Below are positions 61,701 to 64,000 of a stretch of 64,000 bases of DNA, one piece after another. Each line of letters opens with the position of its first letter. Within the stretch, counting starts at the first letter, position 1. Source of the DNA: Lingula anatina (Eukaryota > Animalia > Brachiopoda). The notes below the pieces were generated by a model, which did no database searches, had not been told where the DNA came from, and saw only the letters and a program-made list of their open reading frames with translations. The stretch spans positions 32,060,401-32,124,400 of the forward strand of contig CM120641.1 of NCBI GenBank assembly GCA_051362555.1, read 5' to 3'. Made by a program: the position numbers and the translations under genes.

Positions 61701-62747
61701 ATATTTTATATTACATATGATATCAATTGTAATATTAATAGAAATCTGCAATATAATATTTTGAATGGTTACCTACATAATTCTCCTTAATATCTGGATG
61801 TTCAATGTCCAACCCATCATCATTGACCACTACGGTCACTCCTTGACCAGTGTATCCTTGCTCCCACGCCTCACTTATGTGCATACTGGACCCTGAACCC
61901 TGCAAAATATTGTAAAATATAATGAAATTCATTAGTGACCATTAACATCAAAGATAAAACACTCCAATACTATAAATTAGTTGCATATCAACATAATCAC
62001 CACTTTTAAAACAAATATCATCATTGTCATAAAAAACAACTGTTGACTCAATCATATCCATGTTGACTAGTGTATCCTTATATGTACTGCTAGTAACAAT
62101 TATTTTACTATTTTGTATGGTTGGACTCTTTTTATATACCATACCAGCATTAATGTTATCAATTATATAATTGCTGTTTTACATTTTCTAGGGCTATATG
62201 TTCATTTGTTTGAAACCATAAGAATGTTGCTGTTTGTCATCAGCTCAAATCAGCAAATTCATCCCGATGTATTTTGTAATGTGACAGCATTATCTCATAA
62301 CATGACAATGTTTTATTCTGCACTCTCAAAGTAGATATATAAGGTAATAGATCCTAACTTTTTGAACCACGTCCTTGAAGCAAACTTTCAGTCTACAGTA
62401 AAAACTTGAAAATTTACTCGGTCTTGAAAATTTTTTCAGAAGACAATTCTCCACTGACATATTTTTTTTTTTTTTTTCACTTTAAAAATTTCATCAAACT
62501 TGAAAATGGGCCACTGGATAATTTTGAAAAGTTCTTCACCTAATAGTGCCACGTCAGATTCAGGCATTTTCAAATATTAATTAATTTTTAAGTGACAAAA
62601 TTTTCAAGTTTTTCTTCAGTGGATCTGGCCTTTATTTTGTCAGAACTTTGACCCTACCAGGTACCACTCTTGTTGTGGCCACTCCGGGTCATTTAACTCT
62701 TCCCTGACCTCTCTGGTCTTATAGGACTGCTGCTCACACCACACAAT
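55432..62747 (-). CDS. Subtilisin/kexin-type proprotein convertase (furin/PC-like, S8B), type I membrane, 5'-incomplete
   Basis: Exons 62747-62658, 61899-61777, 60922-60858, 60640-60552, 60249-60065, 59697-59488, 59262-59162, 58319-58216, 58017-57894, 56923-56628, 56078-55953 and 55595-55432 (1677 nt, in frame). Catalytic motifs VVVNDDG, HGTHCAG, AAGNGG and GTSAA; P domain ([24 protein letters not shown]); TM helix and short basic tail. Signal peptide and most prodomain exons were not identified and probably lie right of the window. Orthology is unclear, so no symbol is given. Confidence 0.93.
57681..57839. mobile_element. 159-bp foldback/MULE-like MITE in a convertase intron
   Basis: Perfect 8-bp TSD TACCCTCC. 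Long TIRs are built from tandem 16-bp ATAGTCCGAAGGTTCA units. Confidence 0.85.
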
Positions 62748-64000
62748 CTGGAAAGACCACAAAATGATTTCAATGAAATTAAGAATTAATTGTACAAGAA
62801 AACATGCACGCAATCATTTAAAATGTAATACATAGTTGTTAATTGTGAATGTGAAAATTCATGTTTTAACAACCAGTATTTGATTATATAATTCTTTTAC
62901 TTTAATGTATTTAAGTTTAATAGATCATTTAAGATTTTAAAATAAAGATATCAAGGAAAGAAATCAAACAAGTAACATCCAACAGTCAACAAATTTCATT
63001 TATACCCAACATCTTAATCCCAGGATTTTTTCACTTTAAAGCATTTAGTCTAGCAAGTCTGTTTATAATAAATTTACTCAACTGAAACCTTTTATTCATA
63101 AACTATCTGTTTTAATGTGGCATCACAGTACAGACTTTACATGTAACATGCTCTCATCAGCACACCTGGGAAGCTATCACCTCTGCATGCAGGTAGTTGC
63201 CATTACCTGGAGTTAAACCCTGTTTACACCTGGAGTCTTCCACTTAACTCTCACCTGTATCTGGCTAGTATAAAGCATCTCGCAAATCAGTTTTAAAGTG
63301 CATTTCCATTAGAAATATCATTTTGAAACAGCCTTAGATTCTTTTTAATAATTTTTGTGCAAAAAAAAAATTTTTGTCCACAAACATGTTTTGGTGTGTC
63401 TGTGCAGGCATCACTGGAAGTCTTTAAAAGTTTCTTTTTTCTTTTTTTTTTCTATCTAATCTATGCCATAAAGTTTTCAGCTTACTGGCCATTTGGGACA
63501 CCACTTTCTTAAAATCTACTGGTCTGACTCAAGATGCACTTGTCCAAATAAAAATTTCAATATGACTTCGGGCCTTTTCCCTGCATTGCAGGACCTTGAT
63601 TTTGTTAAACATTTTTTTTAAGAATCATCATGTAACAGGAGCATTTCAGAAAAAAATTCAATCAAATTGAAAGTTCTTTTGAAAACTTACAGTAAAAATC
63701 TAATGGCGATGTAGGACCACTAAATGAAAGTTTGTTGCATTCAATGCAGGCAGACAATGAAATGACTCAAAAATAAAATTCACAAGTCCCCATAATCATT
63801 CACCAACAACTAAATAGTGACCCAAAGTATCTGACAGCCTCCCCTGACTATATAAATGCTGAAATCATTCTCTCAGTGAACATTTTTAATTATAGAGTAC
63901 ATCGTTAGGTCATAGTTATTGTAAAAGTGTACTTGTTCCAAAATATCAAAACAAATAATGAAATTATGAAAGTTATTTAAAATTAGAAACTTAAGAACTA

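Noticed and set aside
63240-63300. Possible further convertase exon ending at a CAG|GTGAG donor near 63255
   Set aside because: I could not establish an acceptor or a recognisable prodomain translation, so it was left out of the model.

Overview
AT-rich, intron-rich animal DNA. It is probably an invertebrate bilaterian; a mollusc or other lophotrochozoan is an inference from the repeat types, not established. From left to right: (1) 1-12.5 kb is repeat and transposon rich, with degenerate tandem arrays, Helentron/HINE-like elements, a nested CACTA-like element and MITEs, plus weak evidence for a spliced minus-strand non-coding or smORF transcript. (2) 13.1-27.3 kb is a tandem duplication of a ~5.8 kb unit carrying an intronless ~848-aa multi-pass membrane protein of unknown family. 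The two copies are separated by a decayed YqaJ-exonuclease transposon and differ by independent MITE insertions. (3) WDR92/DNAAF10 (minus, 8 coding exons) lies head-to-head with (4) NXF1/TAP (plus, 24 coding exons). (5) A 5'-incomplete, atypical membrane-anchored proprotein convertase follows on the minus strand. The most interesting signal is in the NXF1 cassette intron (110-nt exon, 4.2-kb intron, 37-nt exon). It contains a stem-loop matching the retroviral/vertebrate constitutive transport element (CTE) core ACCUAAGACA, and the 5' arm of that stem doubles as the splice donor of a candidate 42-nt poison exon. This is a candidate invertebrate NXF1 autoregulatory switch. All gene models and counts were read by hand; no searches or folding programs were run.
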